A DNA stretch of 64,000 bases from Bugula neritina. Taxonomy: Eukaryota > Animalia > Bryozoa. A program made the position numbers and the translations under genes. The stretch is from positions 12,843,675 to 12,907,674 of the forward strand of contig OZ037768.1 in NCBI GenBank assembly GCA_964035545.1, written 5' to 3'. Positions 12,289-23,844 of this stretch are shown here, one piece after another; position 1 is the stretch's first letter, and every line of letters begins with the position of its first letter. Under the pieces are notes generated by a model. That model searched no databases. It was not told where the DNA came from and saw only the letters and a list, made by a program, of their open reading frames with translations.

Positions 12289-13426
12289 CAGGGTTGGGGT
12301 AATTGTAATTTGTAATTGTAATTGGTTGTAATTAATTACATTTTTTCAAGTAATTGAATGTAATTTGTAATTGATGTATAAAAATGTAATTGTAATTGTA
12401 ATTGTAATTAATTACATTGCTAATGTAATTGAATTTTACAATTACTTTATAATTACATGTCAATTACTTCAAACTTTTAAATCTTGAAAAATCATTCTTT
12501 TCCTACCATATCTACTGTTAAATAACAAGTTCAGATTAAGTCAATATAGTATAGGGTCATTCCATGCTAACTCACCACATGGCCGGTGCTTTTGTGTCTC
12601 AGAGTTTGTTCATATTTACACCAAATAGACCTACATATGTCCTGAGTACTCTTCTTAAATATTTTTGGCCTGACAGAAAACTTTTTGAGAAATGACTACA
12701 TTTGTGGACAAAGGTTGGGAAAAGCTTTAAGGAAAATTGGTGATTTCTACTTTTAGAGCAATTTATAAATGTCTATATCTCAACCATTTTTCTAGACTAA
12801 GTCTTAAAATTTGTTGTGCAATTTGATAATACCTATCAACTTGCACTAGTAGCAACACATACTACAGAACAATTTGTGTGCATATATGCTAAACCATCGA
12901 ATATGGGCAGATTTTTGTAAATTTTGAAATTTTTTTAACTATCCCCCACATCAATTTTTAAGAGTAGAAATCACAAATTTACCTCAAAAGTTTTCCCAAC
13001 CTTTGTTCACAAATGTAGTCATTTCTCAAAAAGTTTTTGTGTCATGTCAGAAATATTCACGAATAGTACACCGGACAAGTTTAAATATAAGCAAAATCTG
13101 AGAAGCAAAGGCGTGGGACCCCTTAAAATTTGGTTGATTTGGCATGGATTGACCCTATAGTGTCACTATTGGGAGCAAAGGAGGTTCACCACTGTCAACA
13201 TTGCCCCTGGTAGTTGGACCCTAGAAATGGCATTGTATAACTTCTAGTTATCCCTTGTGAAAACAAAAGTAATTGTAATTGTAATTAATTACATTACCAT
13301 GTAATTGTAATTGTAATTAATTACATTACCTTTTAACTGTAATTATAATTGTAATTGTAATTGACAAATCTTCATGTAATTGTAATTGTAATTAATTACA
13401 TTTACATGTAATTGACCCCAACCCTG
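12289..13426. mobile_element. hAT-like non-autonomous element with 8-bp TSD and (GTAATT)n subterminal arrays
   Basis: TIR cagggttggggt / accccaaccctg. Exact 8-bp TSD gtgtcacg at 12281-12288 and 13427-13434. Arrays of gtaatt/aattac inside both ends. Confidence 0.9.
12554..13155. mobile_element. Nested long-TIR MITE (GGG...CCC ends, TA/TATA-flanked) inside the hAT element
   Basis: Left end gggtcattccatgctaactcacc vs reverse complement of right end gggtcaatccatgccaaatcaacc. Inner arms ttgagaaatgactacatttgtg...aaaggttgggaaaa / ttttcccaacctttgttcacaaatgtagtcatttctcaa. tata on both flanks. Superfamily uncertain. Confidence 0.8.
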
Positions 13427-13429
13427 GTG

Positions 13430-16400
13430 TCACGTGTCCCATGAGAAAGGGATTGTCTCCCCTGTGCTCATGACTAGAGGGAACTTGTAGTCAACTCTAT
13501 TAGCTGAACTAATGATTGAGTCTGACTGTGAGTGTGAGTCTTTGTAGTTGACTACTCTTAGATGCAGAGTGGCATCTGAGTAAAGAGGAAGTGATGTCAT
13601 AGCAGACTTTGGCAAGTCTGGTCGGATTGGTGGGAGGTGGAACGAGATTTTCCAGGCACCACTTAGCAAAGTATTTCTAGCATTGAATAAGTCAACTTTC
13701 ATCCATGCCTGTGTTCTCAAATTTTGTGTTGTTGATTCTGAAGCTTGTAGCTCAATAATTAAGGATATATCCTTGGATGGTGGACATCTACAATTAGGGA
13801 TACAGGTGTAGAGAGAGAGCTGCATTGTCAAATAAACAATTAATATTATTTTGAATATTTTGTCCTGTAACATTCAAATTTTCAAAAAGCTAATACATAA
13901 ATGTTAAAAGAAAAATTAAATTCAAATACATTATTGCCATATAAAGCTTATAGTTTATTGCAAAAGCATGCAAGTGAACACTAACTACATATAACTACAA
14001 CATTCTATTTATTAATAGACTAATTTCAAAAATAGAAATATTGAAGCTGACTAACTGAGGAACTGGCTGTTTGATTCCAATCATAGCTGTGTTTCCGCCA
14101 TCAGACAATTCAGTGTGCACTGCGGGCAAATGAAAAGGCTCTCCTAGTTCTATGTCATTGGTGTAAAGACTGGTTACCAGCTTGCAGTATCGAGAAAATG
14201 ACTCCAAACCCATCACAAAGTCATAGAATACCACAAACCCTTCTCCTGCACTGTAACTAAAAGTTAGAACTAAACGGTGATGTCTACACTCTAGGTACGA
14301 ATAATATATTTTATATATGCTTAGCCTTGAAGTTACATAATATTCTGATCTGCTACTTTATGTATAATAATAAAACTCTGCTGTAGACAATGTTTAAATA
14401 TCATGAAAACTAATAAACACTAATTTAAAGAATGATGCAACAGCTATTAGTAAAAATATTCAACTCACCCACTCTGAGGAATGGGTGCTACAGGATGATA
14501 GTAAGAACTGAACTGGTGAGGGTTTTTTGGCTCTACGCTGCTTTTCACAGAGTCTAGTAATGCTTGCTGTCTGCTCATCTCTAGTTCTCTTTGTAGAGAC
14601 ATAACTCTGGCCATGTGATCTTGTTCCAGCTGTTTCAACTTCATCTCTGTATAGTCTGTATTCAGGATAAATATAAAGTACTATAAAGGCTATCAACATG
14701 AAATACTGTATATATGCGAGGGAAATGCTGTATACGTAAGAGAAATACTAAATATATACGAGAGAAATACTAGATATACAAAGGAAATACTGGATATACA
14801 AGGGAAATACCAGGTTTGGAATCAGAATTTCTTCTATTGCTATTTTCCAGCAAAAGAAGTTCTTTCTGTAGCCTATAATTCTCCATCTCCATTGCCATAA
14901 GCTCTTCTGCCATATTAGGGGTGGTGGAAGATGACACCCCAAATGTCTGAGGCAATGGATGGGATACCTGACGTTGTTTTCCTCTTTCTAATCTTTCTGC
15001 ATCCAGTATCATATCACTAAGTTGATCAATAATAGAGAGTTCTGTACCTCCGTTGCTGACGTAGTGCTGCCGTAAGGATCGTATCTCCTGAGTAAGAGAG
15101 TCTGTGACCGAAACAAAGCTATTGTATGTACATTGTATGTACATTGTATTGTTATAGGTATAAATTGAGTAAAGCTTTGATGCTGTGTGGTATACGCATA
15201 ATATAGTGCAGTGTAGCCATAAAAGCAATAGTATATATAGTGTAGAAATGTAGTGTAGTAATATATAGTTTAGCAATATAGTACAGCAATGTGGTGCAGT
15301 AACATAGTATTATAATACAGTATAGTAATATAAGGTAGCAACATACTGTAGTAATATGCTGTAGTAGTTTAATATAATGCATATAGTAAAGCTACTGGTA
15401 ATGCATACTTCCTTCATAAGAAAGCTTTTGATATTTTGGAGCAGCTGGCTTAGCCTGAGGTTTTGCTTGGTAAATTAGCTGTGAGCTTGCACTTTGAGAA
15501 GGTAGGACTGGGGCTCGAGCTAATAATTCCTTTCGTAGCGAACTCATCTGATCTTGTAGTTCCTTTATTGCAAGTTGATGACTTTGTTGGTCAGATGTTT
15601 TCTCATCCTTTGCCTATAAACAGAATGTGGGGCTTATCATAAGTCCTACGTTTATGAGTATATTTTTAGCACAAGTCAATCATTAAATATCATACTGTTG
15701 TTCTTGATAAAAACCAGCTTTTTAGGAGTATAATATATCCTTCACTTTAAAATATTCTTCATTATTAAACATTATATTATATTAAATAAAAAATTGCTTA
15801 GATATACACTTTAATATTATAACTAAAATAAACTAAAACCTCTTCTCTTAATAATGACTAAAATTAGCTTACGTCATATCAAGGCATTAGAATTGATAAA
15901 CAAAAGTTTTACACAAACTAAGGCTGTTATAGAGAGCCTTCAGTATAATGTTAGTTAACCATCACTTTAAGTTCACAGCAAACTGTAGCTATTATTATCA
16001 GCACAAACCACTGTAGCCTCCTTCTCAGATCCAGATGAGGGTTGAAGGAGGGAAATTTTGTGAAGAATTTCCTTACGAGCTGCTTTCAAAGCCTTTGCAT
16101 GTTCCTTTAAGTGTCTCATGTTCTGGTCATGTGACTTGGTTAACTTGTGCACCTAGACAGGTGTGTTAGTAGTCAGGCAGTTGTTAGTGATGCAAGCAGT
16201 GCAATTACTAATATGTATTATAGTTAAAGTGCTGCTAGTCAAATACTGTTTTCTCAATTATTAGTTGAGACAGAGAAGACAACTCTGAATCATCACAAAG
16301 TTGCACACAACAAAGCTTGAACAGCAAAAATGAGACTAATTCAAAATAAAGACTACAAAGCAAACAGTAACTCTAGTAGAAGAAGTTGTTTGTACTCTGC

Positions 16401-16684
16401 AAATGTCCTTCAACTACGAAATAAATATTCATGTAACAATAATAAAAATAAGTTGAAGCCATTGATCTTTAGCATGAGGGTCTGCAATCACAAATAGCTC
16501 CAGTTACTAAGTGTTATAATAATTATACCTGATGCTCAAGTTGCTGACCTATTTGAGAATGCTGATAGTCTTTCTGCTGCTGACTTCCTTGACTGATGAT
16601 TAGTCTATCTCTTTCATTCTCATTCTCATTGCGCTTAATATTTGCTGCCTGCAAGTCAATTAAACAAACAATATATATGCATAT

Positions 16685-16716
<32 letters not shown>

Positions 16717-17211
16717 ACGCACACGCACACGCACATGGACACATATACACACACACGCACGTGCACGCGCACACATGGACACACGCGTGGACACATATGT
16801 ACACGTATATACAAATATATAACTTTTACATACTATCTATGATGTTATATTTACTTTCTCACACAAGACTATGTACACGCCAGCAATAAAAATTTAATAT
16901 AAAAAATTCAAGTAAAATTGTAGACCACTATTCAAACATGTGTGACCTCTTAACTCAAGTTCAAACAGACAGAGTTATTTGCTGCCAATGTTAGCAGCAG
17001 ACAGAGTGACCTTGAGAGAGTGAAGCTGTTGGATTTTCTCCTCTGCCAGATGTCTGTCTCTGTCCACCATCACTTGGACTTTGTATCTCTCACTGCTGTG
17101 ACTGCCAACACAGAACTTCTCTCTGTGCTTAGAGATCTGCTGGATAGAGTTGAACACCATGGAGCACTGGTGACAGCGTAGAGGTTGATGAACTTGCTGA
17201 CTCTGCATCAT
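13430..17211 (-). CDS. CCDC17: Coiled-coil domain-containing protein 17-like (~568 aa)
   Basis: Frame-consistent minus-strand exons 17011-17211, 16529-16648, 16009-16152, 15409-15613, 14811-15101, 14469-14655, 14056-14256, 13430-13787 (1707 nt). N-terminal CHQCSMVFNSIQQISKHREKFCVG zinc-finger-like motif, coiled coils, and a C-terminal GFVVFYDFVMGL...AWMKVDLF...SGAWKISFHLPP region, as recalled for CCDC17. Confidence 0.85.
14701..14810 (-). repeat. 20-22-bp minisatellite starting at a CCDC17 splice donor
   Basis: aaatac/aaatgc ends at 14810, 14790, 14770, 14748, 14728 and 14706; unit ~agggaaatactggatataca. Confidence 0.85.
16682..16810. repeat. (CA)n/(CACACG)n microsatellite in CCDC17 intron 1
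   Basis: Directly visible; explains the spurious His/Thr/Val/Cys-rich ORFs. Confidence 0.95.
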
Positions 17212-18435
17212 ATTCACCTTTACTCTGTCCAACTATTCCTTTGGATTCTTTTCCACTACAACATGGAGTTAACCAAGTGATTGAAATGTTCCTTAGCTTT
17301 TTTACAGTATTTATATTATATTATCAGTCATAAAAAGTCAAGGATTACCTTCATCTACTGATACTGCAGGCTATTCTAACAGGGCACAGCTGCTGTCACA
17401 GCAAACTATGAATATTTACATTCACTGTGTGACTGCATTGTTTGTCTACTTAAGAGATAAACTCATGAATACAACCTAATTTATTGCCTGCCTGACAAAT
17501 CCGTTTGGCTAACTGATAACTGAATATATATTTATAGATTATATAATGTGAGTTTATAAAATTATTACACAATAGAGCCTGTAGGTGGGGGCAATAGATT
17601 CATAGCCTTCTATTCCATATAATATACTTATAGTTGTATAATTGTTATAATCGGTTTATAAGTTCCAATATACAGTGTTTGATGTGGAGTTACTGCTTCT
17701 ATAACTTAAAACTGACAAAAATGAAATAATTCTGCATACCATCACATGTTATGAAATAATGTATTAGGTTGAAAATTGTGAAGTTTTCACTTCAGGTTCT
17801 GTTAGTTGAGTAAATTACTAGGAGAGAGAGGCTCACAGGTTGTATTTCTTCTTTATTTTATTATGTAACAGACCAACTTTGCTTATATTACCAGCCAAAC
17901 AACCATTACTAACCGTTACCAACCTTGTGGTTGTGTCCCTAGTAAGATACTGACTACTAAATTTCATCTACTTGCTTGCTACAAATAACTATAAACAGCT
18001 ATAATAGCTAATAGTAACTAGCTATACAGCTGAGTCAAGCTAGCTTTGAAATTCAGTTAGTAACCAAAACCAGTGGCGGAACAGGCACAAACGCCAGCCC
18101 ATGAGTGAAGTGCAGTCCCCAAGCCCAGTCTAGTGCAAGAAAAACTTTACAAAAATTATAGAAAATACAAAGGAAGTTATGCTTTCCTCGAAGCTAGAAA
18201 AGTTTTTTTTAACCCCAGTGCCTCAATTACTCTTTTTGATAGAATAGTTGGTGTTCTAAAAATATTGTTATTATTTAGTACCTACAGTATTATATTTTAT
18301 TATGCATCATTCTACAGTATATATGGTTTATAGTGAGTAGAAACAAATGAACAGCATGAATAATGTATTCCAGCTGCGTGTACAGCACACATCTAATGGT
18401 TTTTGTGCTTCTATGAGATCGTTGTCTTACTTTAG

Positions 18436-18600
18436 CTCTGCATATACTATGTACCTACTTTTTCACTGTATGTATACACTGTGTACTTATTTACCTCTGC
18501 TCTGTATATATATATACTGTTTATTTACCTTCATTCTGTATATACTGTGCACTTACCTTCCTCCTGTATACATACTGTGTACTTACCTCTACTATGTATA
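18436..18600. repeat. Degenerate ~27-bp minisatellite
   Basis: Repeated ctgtatatactgtgtacttacct-like units. Confidence 0.7.
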
Positions 18601-19853
18601 GTTCCAAGTAGCTCACTGCCGTTGTATGCTCATTATGAATACAGTTAGTATAATATAAATTGGTTACAATGCTGAGTGTATTATTCGAATAGCTTGCTTT
18701 ACTGTAGGCTACTACTATATCTTTGAATTCAATAGCTTCAGGTACTGATAGAAGTTATATTTGTTTACTGGTTGCTAAGTGATAGCACTAATCTAATGTT
18801 AGAGGTGTTTTGCTGGAACCTGCTATGTGAAAGTAATGGGTGTCATTATGTAGCCAATAATGCATCAAAAAATAACATCTTTAAAAATCTATGGTGTTTG
18901 GATATACTTTGTTACGAAATAATATTAGAGAAAAGTATATGTGTTTATCAAGGCATGCAATGATGCCTAGAGCTTATAATTATGACAGATGAGCTCTGTA
19001 TGATCATCTGAACCCACAAGTTCCTTAGATATCAACTACTATTGCACTAGACTTATAACTTGTTTTCACATATTATAAAGCAGCCCACTATTGGTCCCCA
19101 TCATTACTTCTTATCGATTTAAGTCATGATTCTAAGGCTTTAATTTTAAACCAGCGCTGCTTTTCTCAATCTTTAACTAACATTATTGATGGACCGGGCA
19201 AATGAATTTATATTATGTTTATTGTTCATTATATATTCATTCAGTATCAAATTTAAGAAATCTATAAATACCATTTAACTGTTTATTTAATAGTCAGAAA
19301 GTGCAGTTAAATAAATATACACAATGCATATTATACTACAAAATTCGGCTGCAAAAGTCTTTTACAAGTCAACCCTGTTTTTATAGACAAAAATGATGGG
19401 TTGCAATAAAATTGTGGGTGTAAGATATGCCTATGTCTTTGAAGCCATTTTAGAAATATTATCCAGATAAAACAGAACAATAGAAAGCCTGCATATGATT
19501 CTCTTTCTTTTTTAACTGTAAAATACAAAATAGATCTCATGCATTTGTGAGCTTGAGTTAATAATATAAACTACATATGCCTACTTCAAATTGAATAGAA
19601 TGCAAATATTTTAAGTTGCTTAGTTTTCATGACTTAAAAAATTACAATTGATACAAAATTACATCTATTCGTGTTCACCCAAAACATCAGTGCCTAATCA
19701 TGACAAAATGACATAGAGTCAGATACTTCATCACAATTTACTTCATGTTTCATCTCCATGCAGGCCTTTCGGCACCTACGCTAAGTACTGTAGCTCTTGG
19801 GCCCCTTTAGGTCATAATTCAACATTACCTAAACACTCTAAGCTCGAATTTTA

Positions 19854-20163
19854 AGTAGTGGGAAAATAAGGACTTTAGCCTAAGTTACAGACGAATTCAA
19901 GCCTGTAAACAGCTGTAATATACTGATTTACTGACTACATATATGTGCGCGTGCGTGTGTGTGTGTGTATGTAGGCTATATAAATTTATACATTTTAAAT
20001 TACATATTGTGTGCAAATATAAATATAACATACATTGTAAATGTATATACACGTTACCTACAGACACAACATATAACCTACAATCACAAGCTCGCACACA
20101 CGCACATGGACACAAAACTTGGAAATGATCAAGGTAGAAGAGGAAGAGTAAAATTTTGCAGCA
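19854..20163 (+). repeat. Donor copy of the ~300-bp segment duplicated at 20603-20905
   Basis: agtagtgggaaaataaggacttt...ggtagaagaggaagagtaaaattttgcagca recurs with a 5-bp indel and a few substitutions. Confidence 0.95.
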
Positions 20164-20583
20164 AAAGTGATAAAATAAAATGCAAACACTAATTACCTGT
20201 TTCCATTTGCAAAGTTTGGTTATCAATCTACTAAAAGCACTATACACAAAGTATGAGAAAGATTAGCTATATAAGTAGACTAATCACATTTTATGGAGAA
20301 AGTGGAGACTCTATGACTTTAGCAATTATTTTCTCTTCTCTATTATCTGCTGATTCATGTACATTCAACTTGAAGAACTACGCAGAGTGCAAAAAGCTGT
20401 CCATGGGCTGTGTGAGATCATTGAAATCGAATAAAATTTATTCCATATCAGTGCATGAGACTTTCAGAAATTTGAAATGCTCCTTAAAAGCCCAAATTTC
20501 CCCAAGGTTAGAAAAAAATGCTAGTGATCATGCCTACAGAGATATTATGAGCAAATGGTTAAAGGGAATACACTCCCTGGTAA

Positions 20584-20921
20584 GCCTAGGGCCACACGGT
20601 GTAGTAGTGGAAAAATAAGGACTTTAAGTTACAGACGAATTCAAGCCTGTACACAGCTGTAATGTACTGATTTACTGACTACATATATGTGTGTGTGGGT
20701 GTGTGGGTGTGTATGTAGGCTATATAAATTTATACATTTTAAATTACATATTGTGTGCAAATATAAATATAACATACATTGTACATGTATACTCGTTACC
20801 TACAGACACAACATATAACCTACAACCACAAGCTCGCACACACGCACATGGACACAAAACTTGGAAATGATCAAGGTAGAAGAGGAAGAGTAAAATTTTG
20901 CAGCACCGTGTGGTCCTAGGC
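20584..20921. mobile_element. Chimeric Pack-type TIR element: 18-bp MITE termini enclosing captured host DNA
   Basis: TAA-gcctagggccacacggtg-[copy of 19854-20163]-caccgtgtggtcctaggc-TAA. Confidence 0.85.
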
Positions 20922-20924
20922 TAA

Positions 20925-21268
20925 GCCTAGGGCCACACGGTGAGTATTTTCGCATGCGAAAATTGAAATCACAAGTAGCAAAGGTGTCCACTGTGCGCGT
21001 TGAGAAAATTTTCGCACTTGTCGCTCTGCATTCTCAACGCAAGTGCGAATCGTCTCTGTCGCCGTCACCTAATTGGCTGAAAGTTATTCAGCGAGCCCAA
21101 CTTCTTTATTTTAGTGCTACATTCCAGTAAATTGCGTTTTATTGAAAGCGAGTGCGATTTAAAAATGAACGCTTTATTTATCACGCATCACTGACGCTAC
21201 AGTGGACACCTTTGCTACTTGTGATTTCAATTTTTGCATGCGAAAATACGCACCGTGTGGCCCTAGGC
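20925..21268. mobile_element. PIF/Harbinger-like MITE with ~70-bp TIRs
   Basis: gcctagggccacacggtgagtattttcgcatgcgaaaattgaaatcacaagtagcaaaggtgtccactgt and its near-perfect reverse complement ending at 21268. Flanked by TAA (left) and TTA (right). Confidence 0.9.
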
Positions 21269-21485
21269 TTATGAGCAGACTTGCTCTACGAATAAGCTAC
21301 GCTGTTGAAAACGGCTGAACTTCTGAAAGAATGTAACTTGCTATAGAGCTCTTGTTCAATGTGTTGAATCAAAATGATAATATATGTTTATACCCACTGA
21401 ACTGGAAAAGACTATATTATTTTGAGTTCATTGTATATACCGTTATACTTTTGGTAGAACATCCTATAACACACACGCACGCACG

Positions 21486-22212
21486 CTGAGATCGATCTGA
21501 GAAACGTACTCAGATCGACCGTTTTTCCATGAGAGTGTCAGATCGATCTCGAGAAGTTGCCTCCTCTTAAGTGAAGGATACTTTAAAAGTATAATTTGTT
21601 CACTTATTTGAGTGATTAAAGCTACTACTGTTGAAAACAAGACGGTCGTAGTCTAAAATTTAATCCCAGCTATAAACTATACGCAGCAAAGCTTTCAGTG
21701 TATGGTAATTTGGCCAATTTAAAATAATTATTTTTAATTTTTTAGCTTGACAGCTTATATAAAATTAATGGCTGTCTTACAGATTATTTATAGACTTACA
21801 GGAATGTTAGGCTTGAAATTACAAAGGAAATAGCTAATGAAACTAAGTTTTATTAGTCATTTAAATTCAATTTAAATTCTCCCATTTTTTTACCTCCTAC
21901 TGCATATAATTGAGTTTTCTTAATCATTGTACTGAAAGTCAAAGTTTTGACATCTAAAAAGGTGGCTATCATAATTATTTAATACTTTGCTTAGTAATTA
22001 TCAACAAGTTATCATTTTTATTAGCAGACAACATTGTAGCGCGCAGTCTTTTTCTCCTTCTCAGATCGATCTGGCGTCTTTCCATGGTCTTATTGACATG
22101 AGATCGATCTGAGTTCGAGCTCTACAGACCGACCAGCTCAGATCGACGGAGATCGATCTTTGGCGTCTTTCCATGGATCGAGCTCATTAAGATCGGTCCA
22201 TGGAAAGCCGGT
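21486..22212. mobile_element. MITE-like element with AGATCGATCT / TTTCCATGG subterminal motifs, left end degraded
   Basis: Clusters of palindromic agatcgatct and tttccatgg at both ends of an AT-rich core; right end ccatggaaagccggtg. Confidence 0.6.
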
Positions 22213-22474
22213 GAATGAGAACGTTGGTTCAAAGCGGTCAATAGTTTGGGGTTGAGGTTTCGTACTCAGTCACTCTCAACTCAGTGCTGCTTCTACTGAT
22301 TCTCATAATATTGTACAGGCATAATTATTATGGTAAATAGAATTTGCAGCAACATGCGCAGATGCACTTACTTATAATTCGTTTTTGTACGTTTATTGGA
22401 GCTTCTTCAGCTGTGATTTTATATAGTCTAATATACTTGACAACACCAAAACTTCTGTAAGGCTAGCGGCTACG

Positions 22475-23060
22475 TTCATACTCATACTCATAGTTTTAAC
22501 TTGAAAGTAAAATCATTGACAGTGACGCACTCACACTCACACTGTCACTGTGACTGTCAGTGTGGGTGTCACTCACTGTGAGTATGACTGACATTGACAC
22601 TGTGACACTGACTGTGACTGACACTCAAACTCCGTCGGCGTCTCACACTTTCCAACTCCAAGTGTCACTGACTTGGCACCTACACTGGTAGTCTGATACT
22701 GATGGTCATGCTCATACTCATAGTCATATAATACGTCTCATAATGATAATCATACTGATACTCAGTCATTGTCATTCACAATGTCATGCTTATAGTTATA
22801 GTCATAGTCTTAGTCATAGTGATATTGTAACTGTAAGTCTAGTGATACTGATAGTGATACTCACACTCTATCTCATAGTCATAATCACCCTGATGCCAAT
22901 ATAAATTAAAATATTATTGTCTATTACTATTAGTATTAGTATTACTGTGTTAGTAAATCACCAAATCTAATAAGCATAATATTAACTATAATTATAAGTA
23001 TTGGATTTGGTATTACTATTACTATTAGTATTAGTAATGACTAATGAGTATCAGTATTGT
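22475..23060. repeat. Degenerate 3/6-nt-periodic low-complexity block
   Basis: e.g. tagtca tagtct tagtca tagtga ... tactga tagtga tactca; cactgt cactgt gactgt cagtgt. A similar block lies at 23440-23740. Confidence 0.75.
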
Positions 23061-23844
23061 AGTAGATTTGGGGATTTATTTATACTTTAGCTCTTTTATT
23101 TTCGTTGTTATTATAGTTGATGTCTTGGCATAGCTTTGTGAATGCCTTAATTGTTGTTATTATAGTTAAACTCTTAGTGTAGTTTCTTTTCCACTTTCTA
23201 TAGTTCAGGAATATTCTAGAATTCAAACAGCATCCAAATTCTAGATCATAAAGGGGCGAGCTCGCCAGCATAGATTCAGTCTAATGCTAGAGCTCGGAGG
23301 GAACATTACTTACATACAGACTATTATACTTTTTATTGGAAGAATATCAATAAGGACATCTTAGACCTGGAACTGCCTTTTCTCTTTTGTTAACAAAGAG
23401 TTATGTTCTCTAGTTGAATTCTTACAAACCCTACAACTTATCACAGTATTGGTATTGCTACTAGTATTAGTGTTACTATTAGAATGATTAGGATTATGAT
23501 ATTCACATTGAGCATCAGTATGGGTATCGAGTGTGACTTATGAGTAATACTAATAGTGATAGTCAATGTCATAGTGATAATGATTCTGAAATAATTGCAC
23601 AACTTCTGTGAGTGAGTAGAACTATAAACTATTGTTTCCAAACACTATCAGATTCATTATTAGAATTATTAGTATTACCATTAGTACTACTATTAGTATT
23701 ACTATAACTATTAGTGTTACTAATACTTATACTATCACATTTTCATTTTTTATTTAATTTTAGTTTGACAGATTTAGGTAAATAAGTAATAATTACAATT
23801 TATATGTGTAAATGAACTAAGAGCGGTTTATGAAGAAATCGTGG

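Noticed and set aside
12300-12460. (GTAATT)n arrays as CRISPR-like or telomeric repeats
   Set aside because: They are subterminal repeats of the TSD-delimited hAT element; there are no spacers and the context is eukaryotic.
16523-16889. His/Thr- and Cys/Val-rich ORFs
   Set aside because: Translations of a (CA)n microsatellite; only 16529-16648 (-) is a real exon.
19897-20991. ORFs of 60-121 aa around the duplication
   Set aside because: No recognisable domain or splice context; they run through microsatellite and TIR sequence.
23240-23300. ggcgagctcgcc palindrome near CTAG as a Helitron 3' end
   Set aside because: The base after CTAG is not T and no matching 5' end or second copy was seen.
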